Below, piece after piece: positions 48,772 through 56,979 of a DNA stretch of 64,000 nucleotides (positions within the stretch are counted from its first letter, which is position 1; each line of letters starts with the position of its first letter). This DNA comes from Thermoplasmata archaeon (lineage in GTDB: Archaea; Thermoplasmatota; Thermoplasmata; UBA10834). The notes beneath the pieces are model-generated. The model saw nothing but the letters and a program-made list of their open reading frames with translations. It did not search any database and had not been told where the DNA came from. The translations under genes and the position numbers were made by a program. Location of the stretch: the NCBI GenBank assembly GCA_020696365.1, contig JAEHCM010000001.1:166987-230986 (forward strand). The letters run 5' to 3'.

Positions 48772-49899
48772 GTGGAGAAGCACGGAGACCCGAAGACGAT
48801 ATTCGCTGAGCTGGCCAACGCCACGAAGCAGTGCGTTGAGAAGAGGGTGGCGCTCGAATCACTCATGGAAACCCAGAATCGATTCGAGTCTTTCATGGAT
48901 CATAGTCCTACCATATCCTTCATAAAGGACCTTCAGGGTCAATATGTGTTCGTGAACAGGGAATACGCGATTATGCTCAATATCCGCAAAGAGGATATCG
49001 TCGGCAGGACAGATTTAGATCTTTGGCCCAAAGCAGCGGCCGAGTCGTTCCGCGAAGCCGACAAGAGAATAACATCATCGGGAATCGGCGAAAAGTTCTC
49101 TGAGGTCATTGAGCAGTCGGACGGCGTGCACGAGTATCTGACTTTCAAGTTCCCCCTCGTCAACTCAAAGGGGAAGGGCACTCTCCTCGGGGGTGTGTCC
49201 TTTGATGTTACGGACATGAAGAGGTACGAGTCAGCGCTTGAACTGGCGAACACCAAGTTAGGAATCCTCGGGGATCTGACCCGCCATGACGCCATCAACC
49301 AGGTCTCTGTGCTTGAGGGGTGGCTGTCACTACTGAAGGAAGATGAATGCGCCGCGGAATTGAGGAACCATCTGGAGAATATGACCGTTGCGACCAAAAC
49401 CCTCAGGGAACAGCTCGAGTTCGCTGGAGAGTATGAAGCTGTGGGGGCGGATAATCAGGCATGGACCGATATCCAGGAGGCTTGCGTGGACGTTTGGGGC
49501 AAGATGGCGGTAGATGACATCATGTTCGAATGCCAATGCTCTGGGTTTGAGGTGCTAGTCGATCCGATGTTCCCCAAGGTGATTCGAAACCTCGTGGATA
49601 ACACTGCGAGGCACGGAGAGGGTGCGGAGATGATCCGCATCTTCTGCCAGGAGACACCTGACGGCCTACGCCTGGTCTATGAGGATGACGGTGCGGGAAT
49701 CGCCTCCGAGGCGAAGGTCAAGATCTTCGACAAAGGCTTCGGAACCAACTCTGGCTTTGGCCTCTACCTGATTCGGGAGTTGCTGAGGATAAGCGATGCG
49801 AGACTCCGCGAGGTTGGCGAGCACGGCAAAGGAGTCCGCTTCGAGATTGTTTTCCCTGAGGGCAGGTATCGCCGCAAGATGGCTAGCGAGAAGGGGTAA
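48772..49899 (+). CDS. PAS-domain sensor histidine kinase, in frame with the upstream receiver through the TAG
   Basis: The frame continues G-ADFYVEKHGDP (the receiver C-terminus), then a PAS domain, a HisKA-like H-box LTRHDAINQ, and HATPase_c (NLVDNTARHG, DDGAGI, GFGLYL). The listed start is GTG at 48772. Confidence 0.7.
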   Translation: MEKHGDPKTIFAELANATKQCVEKRVALESLMETQNRFESFMDHSPTISFIKDLQGQYVFVNREYAIMLNIRKEDIVGRTDLDLWPKAAAESFREADKRITSSGIGEKFSEVIEQSDGVHEYLTFKFPLVNSKGKGTLLGGVSFDVTDMKRYESALELANTKLGILGDLTRHDAINQVSVLEGWLSLLKEDECAAELRNHLENMTVATKTLREQLEFAGEYEAVGADNQAWTDIQEACVDVWGKMAVDDIMFECQCSGFEVLVDPMFPKVIRNLVDNTARHGEGAEMIRIFCQETPDGLRLVYEDDGAGIASEAKVKIFDKGFGTNSGFGLYLIRELLRISDARLREVGEHGKGVRFEIVFPEGRYRRKMASEKG

Positions 49900-49933
49900 T
49901 CGTTTATAGCCGTGAGCATCTAGAAGCCCCCGA

Positions 49934-50599
49934 ATGAATGGTCGCGACGGCAGGGTCAGTGGCCCGAGACGCCTCTCTTCGATGTCCCGGCAGCGGGTGA
50001 TCGAGGCACAGCTGTCTTGGATATCCTGCACGGTCTTGTTCTTCTCTACAGTCTACGTCTTGCTGAAGTTCGACGTGCTTTGGATCGTATTCGGAATCGT
50101 TGCGCTGTCCCTCTATGTGCTCCCGATTGTCACTTTTCGTAACCCCTTCAAGGCACTCCCGTGGGAGATGACGATCCTCCTTTCATCTCCAATCTTACTT
50201 CACGTATCTGAGGGTTCGCGGTTGATGAGCGAGCATGTCGCATGGTGGGACGACGTCACATCGCTCGCTTTTGCCTTCTCATTGTCAACGATTGGCTTCC
50301 TGCTGACCATCGAGTTGCATATGTACACGGCCGTTCGCATGAACAGGACTTTCTCCTCGTTCTTCGTTATGATGTTCACTCTCTCGATGTCAGGTTTCTG
50401 GCTCCTGGGCGAGTACATCGGGGACGAGGTGTTCGGAACGTCGAACCTGCAGACGAATGACGCAGTCATGGTCCAACTGCTTTGGGCCCTGATCGGGGGG
50501 CTGCTGATGGGGCTTCTGTATGCGGCGTATACGCGGGCGATGCCTGACCAGCGCAGGCGCACCCTCGGTCTCCTGCTCATGTGGGAGGTGCAGAGATGA
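49934..50599 (+). CDS. conserved polytopic membrane protein (family A paralogue 1)
   Basis: Multiple TM helices; paralogous to the next gene (WDDVTSLAFAFSLSTIGF ... GEYIGDEVFG). Confidence 0.45.
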   Translation: MNGRDGRVSGPRRLSSMSRQRVIEAQLSWISCTVLFFSTVYVLLKFDVLWIVFGIVALSLYVLPIVTFRNPFKALPWEMTILLSSPILLHVSEGSRLMSEHVAWWDDVTSLAFAFSLSTIGFLLTIELHMYTAVRMNRTFSSFFVMMFTLSMSGFWLLGEYIGDEVFGTSNLQTNDAVMVQLLWALIGGLLMGLLYAAYTRAMPDQRRRTLGLLLMWEVQR

Positions 50600-51240
50600 A
50601 GGAAGGGTTGAAGCTGGCTTCGCGCGCCATGCAAGCAGGAATGGTCGGGCTCGCTATATCGGGCCTACTCATGCGCGAGTACACGTACATCCCCGCAGCA
50701 TTGATCGCGGTATTCATCAGCACCCTCCCGAGCGTCATAAGACGCGATCTCAACCTGGTTCTGCCGGTCGAGCTCAACTTCTGGATCGTCCTCGCGTTGT
50801 TCGTACACATCGTCGGCAGCTTCTCCGGGTTCTATGATAACCTTCCGGGCTGGGACCATCTGACACATGCGATGTCCGCCTCGTTAGTGGCGGCGTTGGG
50901 CTTCGTCGTTGTTACTGCTGTGGACAAATACGCAGACAGCATCTATCTCCCTCCTGCATTTATCGCACTCTTCATCATCATGTTCACGATGGCCATCGGC
51001 GTGATCTGGGAGCTAACGGAGTACTTGGTGGATGAGCTCACTGGCAACCATCTCCAGTATTCGCTGACCGACACGATGAGGGACCTATTGTTCGACACAA
51101 TAGGTGGTTTACTGGTGGCGTCCGTGGGATCGTTCTACCTAACGCACACTTCCATCGACCACTTCGTCGATACACTCCAAGTCGACAAGGCGAAGGAGAG
51201 GGTCAAGGAGGTTCTAGAGAGACGTGCCAGGAGAAAGTGA
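50596..51240 (+). CDS. conserved polytopic membrane protein (family A paralogue 2)
   Basis: ATGA overlap with the upstream paralogue; WDHLTHAMSASLVAALGF ... ELTEYLVDELTG aligns with paralogue 1. Confidence 0.45.
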   Translation: MKEGLKLASRAMQAGMVGLAISGLLMREYTYIPAALIAVFISTLPSVIRRDLNLVLPVELNFWIVLALFVHIVGSFSGFYDNLPGWDHLTHAMSASLVAALGFVVVTAVDKYADSIYLPPAFIALFIIMFTMAIGVIWELTEYLVDELTGNHLQYSLTDTMRDLLFDTIGGLLVASVGSFYLTHTSIDHFVDTLQVDKAKERVKEVLERRARRK

Positions 51241-51245
51241 TTCGG

Positions 51246-51851
51246 TCAGCGCCGTGAGATGTGGTCCACGACTTCAGCGAGGTCATCCTGCGTGTTGACA
51301 TTGATGAAGCTCTCGAGATGGGGGTCGAACCGCCTGATGTCTTCCTCGTCCACTGTTGCCAGATTGAGCAAATGGTATGCGTCTTTTGGCCTTCTCCGCC
51401 CAGAGGCGACGGTCTGTTCGAAAGCATCCAAGCAGGTCTTCCGGCGATAGCAGGCGTGGAGTGGTTCCAGATAGCCACGAACGAAGGGCACCGCCCCGTC
51501 CTTGCCTTCGCCGTTGTTCACGACAGCCCTGCACATCTCTGGCCTGAGGAGAGGGGTGTCACACGGGCTGACGACAACATAATCGCCTCCTGCCGCCCTC
51601 ATCGCGGTTGTCAACCCATGGAGTGGCCCGATCCCTTCTCTCTCGTCTTCGACTATTATCGTGTCATTTGAGAGGAATCTTGCATATTCCTCAGCTCGTC
51701 CTCCCGCTACGGCCACAACGACCTCGTCTGCCAGCATCCGCATCGTCGCTACTACTCTGCTGACCATTGGCTCATCGTTGAGCATGACAAGCCCTTTCTC
51801 CTGGCCGAAACGTGTGCTTGTTCCGCCGGAGAGCACAATCCCCGTCAGCAT
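51246..51851 (-). CDS. mobA: molybdenum cofactor guanylyltransferase
   Basis: GIVLSGGTSTRFG nucleotide-binding motif and PCDTP. The start is taken at the internal Met; the ORF extends to 51989. Confidence 0.75.
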   Translation of the reverse strand: MLTGIVLSGGTSTRFGQEKGLVMLNDEPMVSRVVATMRMLADEVVVAVAGGRAEEYARFLSNDTIIVEDEREGIGPLHGLTTAMRAAGGDYVVVSPCDTPLLRPEMCRAVVNNGEGKDGAVPFVRGYLEPLHACYRRKTCLDAFEQTVASGRRRPKDAYHLLNLATVDEEDIRRFDPHLESFINVNTQDDLAEVVDHISRR

Positions 51852-51972
51852 GTCCACGGGATATCTGGTCGTTCCACATGAACTTTGTCTGGAGAACAGG
51901 TTGGTTAGTGCCCCGGTTTGGCCAAAAAGGTTATAATGGCCGACCATTTTCGAACGCTTGCGGGAGAGCGAG

Positions 51973-53019
51973 ATGCCGAAGATAACCATGGCTCAGGGAG
52001 CTGGCGGGGAGAGGATGCAGGAGTTCATCCGTGAGTTCGTGCTGAAAGAGCTTGAGCACGATTTCGGAGATATTCCGCTGGGAGCCCTCGACGACGCCGC
52101 AGTTGTCGATGGCATCGTGTTCACCACTGACTCATACACCGTCAAACCGTTGTTCTTCCCCGGAGGCGACATCGGCACGCTGGCGGTGGCTGGTACTGTC
52201 AATGACGTCTCCGTCATGGGTGCGACGCCCATAGCGCTGTCGTGCGGAATGATAATCGAGGAGGGGTTCTCCGAGGACGACCTTCACCGTGTCATGAGCA
52301 GCCTGAACAGAACCTCAAGATCGGCAGGTGTGAGGATAGTCACGGGCGATACCAAGGTGGTTGAGAAAGGCGCGGTCGATGAATTGTTCATAAATACGAG
52401 CGGGATCGGGAGACGTTCTATCCACCTCGACGCGAATCTGGAGCGTGTCCGTGCTGCGCGGGAATTTCTATGGGATTGGCCAAACGACTCGGGAGTCGCT
52501 GATGGCGACGTTCTCATCGTCTCGGGATCGATAGGCAACCACGGGGTCGCACTACTGTCATTCCGTGAGGGATATGGGTTCGAAACCGAGGTCCAGACCG
52601 ATGCGGCTCCCTTGAACCACCTGACCGAGTCAGCGGTGAAGGTCGGAGGCGTAGTCGCGATGAAGGATCCCACGCGGGGTGGCCTGGCAAATCTCCTGAA
52701 CGAATGGGCCGAGAAGTCCAAGGTAGGTCTCGTCGTGCGAGAAGAAGATATCCCTATCGACGACCCCGTCCTGGCTGCGTGCGAGATGCTGGGCATCGAC
52801 CCTCTCGAGATTGGAAACGAGGGCAAGGTCGTCCTGGCGGTGGTGCCCGATGCGGCTGAGGAAGTCCTGAAGGTGATCAGGAAGACTCCGGAGGGATCGA
52901 ACGCGCGAATCTTTGGCAGAGCCTCGAAAGACGTCGAGGGCGTACTGCTAGAGACGCAGACCGGGGGGAAGCGGTTGGTCGAGCCTCCCGTGGGAGACCC
53001 CGTCCCGAGGATATGCTAG
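51973..53019 (+). CDS. hypE: [NiFe] hydrogenase maturation protein HypE
   Basis: AIR-synthase-related fold, N-terminal ITMAQGAGG, C-terminal PRIC tail typical of HypE. Confidence 0.8.
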   Translation: MPKITMAQGAGGERMQEFIREFVLKELEHDFGDIPLGALDDAAVVDGIVFTTDSYTVKPLFFPGGDIGTLAVAGTVNDVSVMGATPIALSCGMIIEEGFSEDDLHRVMSSLNRTSRSAGVRIVTGDTKVVEKGAVDELFINTSGIGRRSIHLDANLERVRAAREFLWDWPNDSGVADGDVLIVSGSIGNHGVALLSFREGYGFETEVQTDAAPLNHLTESAVKVGGVVAMKDPTRGGLANLLNEWAEKSKVGLVVREEDIPIDDPVLAACEMLGIDPLEIGNEGKVVLAVVPDAAEEVLKVIRKTPEGSNARIFGRASKDVEGVLLETQTGGKRLVEPPVGDPVPRIC

Positions 53020-53033
53020 CGGTCTATGCCGAT

Positions 53034-53522
53034 TTAATCATCTGAGACGAACTCTGATACGATCCTATCCACAATGGATGGGATGGCGGCTGCGACCGGA
53101 GGGGTCATGCTCTCGCTGACGTTCACGATGTCGTCGGCCTCGATGGCGACGAAGAAGACCTCCTTCGGCATCTTCTCCGGCACGATCTTTCTCCCCATAG
53201 CAAGCGCCGTCGCAATGTTGATGCCGTGAGGCGACGACCCGTGCACGGTCCTCTCGAACGCACTCTCTTCGAGCACATGGAATTCCCCTGGTCTCCCCTC
53301 GTCCGTCACGATGGCGTCCACGATGACCACTCTGTCGTAGCCCAGAACCATGTCCAGAAGCTCCAAACCGCTCGCGGGCAGCTCCTCCACATCCACGCCT
53401 TCGAGCCCGAGGTCCCTGAGCTTTCTCGCAACGTGAATGCCCACACCATCATCGGAGAGTATCGGGTTACCGACGCCCACTATCAACGTCCGGGGACGAT
53501 GCCGTTCATCAGAGATGCTCAT
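53034..53522 (-). CDS. hydrogenase maturation endopeptidase (HycI/HyaD/FrhD family)
   Basis: LIVGVGNPILSDDGVGIHV N-terminus and conserved Asp/His metal ligands. Confidence 0.8.
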   Translation of the reverse strand: MSISDERHRPRTLIVGVGNPILSDDGVGIHVARKLRDLGLEGVDVEELPASGLELLDMVLGYDRVVIVDAIVTDEGRPGEFHVLEESAFERTVHGSSPHGINIATALAMGRKIVPEKMPKEVFFVAIEADDIVNVSESMTPPVAAAIPSIVDRIVSEFVSDD

Positions 53523-53594
53523 GGAGATACCTCACCGCCTAGCATGGTGGAAAAACATGTCGTCGAGGGGAGCCGCCCCTCGTGTGACAACACA

Positions 53595-55109
53595 TCAGAA
53601 GTTTCTCACGGTCTTCAGCTTCGACCCGTCGGCGCGTCTCACGTTTATCTCAAGGGCCGGAGAGCCGTTCAGAGCGTGTGTTCCGCAGGAGTTGCATGGG
53701 TCGTAGCATCGGAACGCCATCTCGACCTTGTTCAGCAGTCCTTGGGAGACTTCGCCGTTCTTGATCAAGGCCTTCGCCGCCTGCACGACGCTCGTGTTGA
53801 TCGCAGCGTTGTTGTTCGTCGTCGCTACGATCATGTTGATCTTCGTGCATAGCCCGTCCTTGTCCGAGGCGTAGTGGTGTATCAGCGTACCTCTGGGAGC
53901 TTCGCATATGCCCACGCCTTCCGTCGGCTCCTTGAACTCGCCTCGGGTGTCATCGCTCGTTATGACATCGTCGGTGACCAGCTCGAGCATCCTCTCCGTA
54001 GCGTGCTGCAGCTCGATCACCCTCGCCCAGTGGAACGCGAGCGTGTGATGGACTGGTCCTGTCACTCCCAAGTCCTTCACGGTCTTGGCCAATGCCTCGT
54101 ACTCCGCCTGTGCGAGAGGGGTTGTGTAGCCCTCGCAGACGTTTATCCTGCCGAGGGGTCCGACCCTGTATATCCCGCTTGACGGGCCTGTGGTGAAACC
54201 GTTCCAGCCGACGCTCTTCAGATATGGCATCTTCATGTATGACCACGGTTCGACGTGCTCGGCGATGACGTCGAGATACTCGCTCGGCTTGAACTTGACG
54301 ACCTCCTTGCCGGCCTGGTCGACGACCCGTATGTCTCCGTCGTAGAAGTTGCTCTTGTTGTCCTTGTCGACCATGCCCATGTAGTATGTCTCGAGGTAAT
54401 ACGCGTCCTGGTTCAGGATGAGTCCGAGGTAGTCCTGGTTGGCCAGCACGACATCGTGGAACAGCTTCGTCGTGAACTTGCCGAACTCGACGCACGACCT
54501 GGCCATCTCCTCCATCTGAACGCGCTCCTCCTCGCTTATCTGCTTCGAGACGCCGCCGGGTAGGCCAAAGCACGGATGCGTGGCCCTCCCTCCGACGATC
54601 TCCTGCACCTTCTGACCATACGAGCGGTGCTTGATGACCTCTGCGCCGATCTCGACGCCGACGGCATCCACCACTCCCAGGATATTCCTCTTGTTGGATG
54701 GCGCTGACGGTCCCAGCACGAAGTCGGGCGCTGCGAGCGCGTAGAAGTGTGCTATGTGGCTGTGGGTGTACTGTCCCATGTAGAACAGCTCTCTCAGTTT
54801 TGTCGCCGTTTCCGTCGGGGTGGCGTCGAACACCGCGTCAAGCGTCTTGGTCGACGCTATGTGATGCGCGGCCGGGCAGACGCCACACAGCCGGTTGGTG
54901 ATTATGGGCAGTTCCTGCACATGTCTGCCGATGCAGAACCTCTCGAAGCCTCTGAGTTCAGGAACTTGCCAGTAGGCGTTGGCCACGTTCCCCTCGTCGT
55001 TCAGGAAGATCTCGATCTTGCCGTGTCCTTCGAGCCTCGTGACCGGGTCGATCGTGAGTTTCTTCTCGGTCGTCTTGGTTGTCGTATCGTTGATTATCGG
55101 TCCGGACAT
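53595..55109 (-). CDS. mvhA: [NiFe] hydrogenase large subunit (Mvh/Vht-type, F420-non-reducing)
   Basis: N-terminal RLEGHGKIEI, proximal CxxC (RLCGVCPAAH) and C-terminal DPCNSCGTH Ni ligands, plus a C-terminal extension. Confidence 0.85.
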   Translation of the reverse strand: MSGPIINDTTTKTTEKKLTIDPVTRLEGHGKIEIFLNDEGNVANAYWQVPELRGFERFCIGRHVQELPIITNRLCGVCPAAHHIASTKTLDAVFDATPTETATKLRELFYMGQYTHSHIAHFYALAAPDFVLGPSAPSNKRNILGVVDAVGVEIGAEVIKHRSYGQKVQEIVGGRATHPCFGLPGGVSKQISEEERVQMEEMARSCVEFGKFTTKLFHDVVLANQDYLGLILNQDAYYLETYYMGMVDKDNKSNFYDGDIRVVDQAGKEVVKFKPSEYLDVIAEHVEPWSYMKMPYLKSVGWNGFTTGPSSGIYRVGPLGRINVCEGYTTPLAQAEYEALAKTVKDLGVTGPVHHTLAFHWARVIELQHATERMLELVTDDVITSDDTRGEFKEPTEGVGICEAPRGTLIHHYASDKDGLCTKINMIVATTNNNAAINTSVVQAAKALIKNGEVSQGLLNKVEMAFRCYDPCNSCGTHALNGSPALEINVRRADGSKLKTVRNF

Positions 55110-55115
55110 CTTGAA

Positions 55116-56129
55116 TCACCCCTTCCTCTTGCGTTCCTTCACAGTCCTCTTGAGGAGGGACTTGGGGAGCGTGAAGGCGTAGAAAGTCCCGATCGGGTCT
55201 TTCACCTGCATCATAAGTTCTATTATCTGCTCCTCACTTAACTTTGACTCCGAATCCGTGATGTTGAGGATCGAAGCTAGCGCGCTCAGCATGCTACCTC
55301 CGTGGTCCATAACGGCCTTCGTCGGGCCCATGCAACCCCTACAGGGCATGTTGGCGACCGGGCACATCGCACCACAGCCCGCGCGCGTCGCGGGCCCTAT
55401 GCATATTATACCCTGGTCCAACAGGCACTTCTTAGGGTCGGCCTTGATCTCATAAGCCTGATAGATCCTGTCGATCCTCCGGTCCGTCTCGACCCGTTCC
55501 CGGTCGCATTCGTCGCAGAGCGTCTTGTCGGATGCGATGACAGTGCCCTTCGGCGGCAGAGGCGCCCCCTCCTTCACGTGCTTCAGGACAGCGCCGACTG
55601 CCACCATGATGAGGTCGACCGTAGGCGGACAACCGGGCATGAAGTAGTCGACATCTACGACCTCGTCAAGGGTCTTCACGGTGTCGTAGAATTCCGGCAG
55701 GGTCAACTCTCCCTCTGGCACCTTCACACTCGTCTGCGGCGTCACGAATTCGGGATTGTCGGTCGACTCGGTGTCCTTGTAGACTGTCTGGAACACCTCC
55801 TCCTTGTTCGTCACATTCGCGAGGCCCGGCGTCCCGCCGAAGCATGCGCACGATCCGAAGCTTATCATTATGACGGACTTCTCCCTCAGCACCTTCGCGA
55901 CATGTTCGTTCTCGCTGTTCCTTATCGCTCCGTTGTAGAACGCTACCGTGATTGACTTGTCCGGCATCTGCTCCAATTCGTGTAGCTTGCCGTCGAAGCC
56001 TATCGGCCAGAACACCACCTCGGCTATGGCGTGCAAATCCAGTATACTTGCGTCTATGTCCAGGAGCGCGACGTCGCATCCCCCGCAGCCCGCGCCCCAG
56101 TACTGCGCAATCTTGATCTTATCTGCCAT
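55116..56129 (-). CDS. mvhG: [NiFe] hydrogenase small subunit (F420-non-reducing type)
   Basis: YWGAGCGGCDVA N-terminal cluster motif, FGSCACFGG, and distal cluster cysteines. Confidence 0.85.
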   Translation of the reverse strand: MADKIKIAQYWGAGCGGCDVALLDIDASILDLHAIAEVVFWPIGFDGKLHELEQMPDKSITVAFYNGAIRNSENEHVAKVLREKSVIMISFGSCACFGGTPGLANVTNKEEVFQTVYKDTESTDNPEFVTPQTSVKVPEGELTLPEFYDTVKTLDEVVDVDYFMPGCPPTVDLIMVAVGAVLKHVKEGAPLPPKGTVIASDKTLCDECDRERVETDRRIDRIYQAYEIKADPKKCLLDQGIICIGPATRAGCGAMCPVANMPCRGCMGPTKAVMDHGGSMLSALASILNITDSESKLSEEQIIELMMQVKDPIGTFYAFTLPKSLLKRTVKERKRKG

Positions 56130-56131
56130 GT

Positions 56132-56515
56132 TCAGCTCACCTCCTTGGTTGAAGCGTCACTCCTCGGTACCGCCTTGTACTGCGGCGACTGTCCAGTCAT
56201 GCCGACCTGCTCGATCAGCCTCCACCGCTTGAGGGCTATTATGTGCCTGACTATCTCGGGCTTCGGCAGGCCTGTCGCGTCGTGCAGTTCGTGCACGGTC
56301 TGCGGACTGGCTTCCATCTGCAGTAGGAGCATGTTCCTCTCGAGCTCCACTGCCGCGGCCTTCTGCAGTATGAAACTGTATCGCCCGTCGGTGATCGTCT
56401 CCCCGAACACGTTTTCCTCAGTGGTCAGCGAGCCCTTCTTTCCGAGCAGCCAACGTATCCTCTCTCCCTCGAGAGTCCTCAGCGCTGCGTGTATCTTGAC
56501 CTCTCTCGGGTTCAT
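56132..56515 (-). CDS. small wHTH-like protein co-transcribed with mvhD (unknown function)
   Basis: 127 aa; homologous to the C-terminal domain of the MvhD-fusion protein at 60014..60310 (LLLQMEASPQTVHELHDATGLPKPEIVRHIIALKRWRLIEQ versus LILELARIRPISVKQLGMVMEVPTDRILRHIVLLRQNSMIAME). Confidence 0.5.
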   Translation of the reverse strand: MNPREVKIHAALRTLEGERIRWLLGKKGSLTTEENVFGETITDGRYSFILQKAAAVELERNMLLLQMEASPQTVHELHDATGLPKPEIVRHIIALKRWRLIEQVGMTGQSPQYKAVPRSDASTKEVS

Positions 56516-56517
56516 CC

Positions 56518-56979
56518 TCAGTCACCACCTCTCATGGGGGACGGTCCGATCTCCTCAATCGTCTTCGTGAACTCGACCATCGTCTTCTGGAACTTCTCGC
56601 CCTCTCCGGCCGAGATCCACTCAAGCCTCAGCCTGTCAGGGTCATATCCGAACTGCTGGAGGAGTATCCTCAGAAGCGCGATCCTCCTGCGGGTCCTGTA
56701 GTTGCCTCCTATGTAGTGGCAGTCCGCCGGATGGCAGCCTGCGACCAACACGCCGTCGGCCCCTTTCTGGATCGCCCTCAGGACGAACTCCGGGTCCACT
56801 CTCGCGGAGCACATTACCCTTATCACCCTGAAGTGCGGGGGCATCTGCATCCTGCTGACACCCGCCAGGTCCGCGCCTGCGTAAGAGCACCAGTTGCAGC
56901 AGAACACGATTATCTTCGGCTCGAAGTCCTCGCCCTCGGCCTTCTCCTCGCTCTGGGCGCTCGGCGTTGTGCTGCTCAT
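56518..56979 (-). CDS. mvhD: MvhD (methyl-viologen-reducing hydrogenase delta subunit, [2Fe-2S])
   Basis: CCNWCSY...RVMCSARV...AGCHPADCHY pattern of MvhD. Confidence 0.85.
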   Translation of the reverse strand: MSSTTPSAQSEEKAEGEDFEPKIIVFCCNWCSYAGADLAGVSRMQMPPHFRVIRVMCSARVDPEFVLRAIQKGADGVLVAGCHPADCHYIGGNYRTRRRIALLRILLQQFGYDPDRLRLEWISAGEGEKFQKTMVEFTKTIEEIGPSPMRGGD

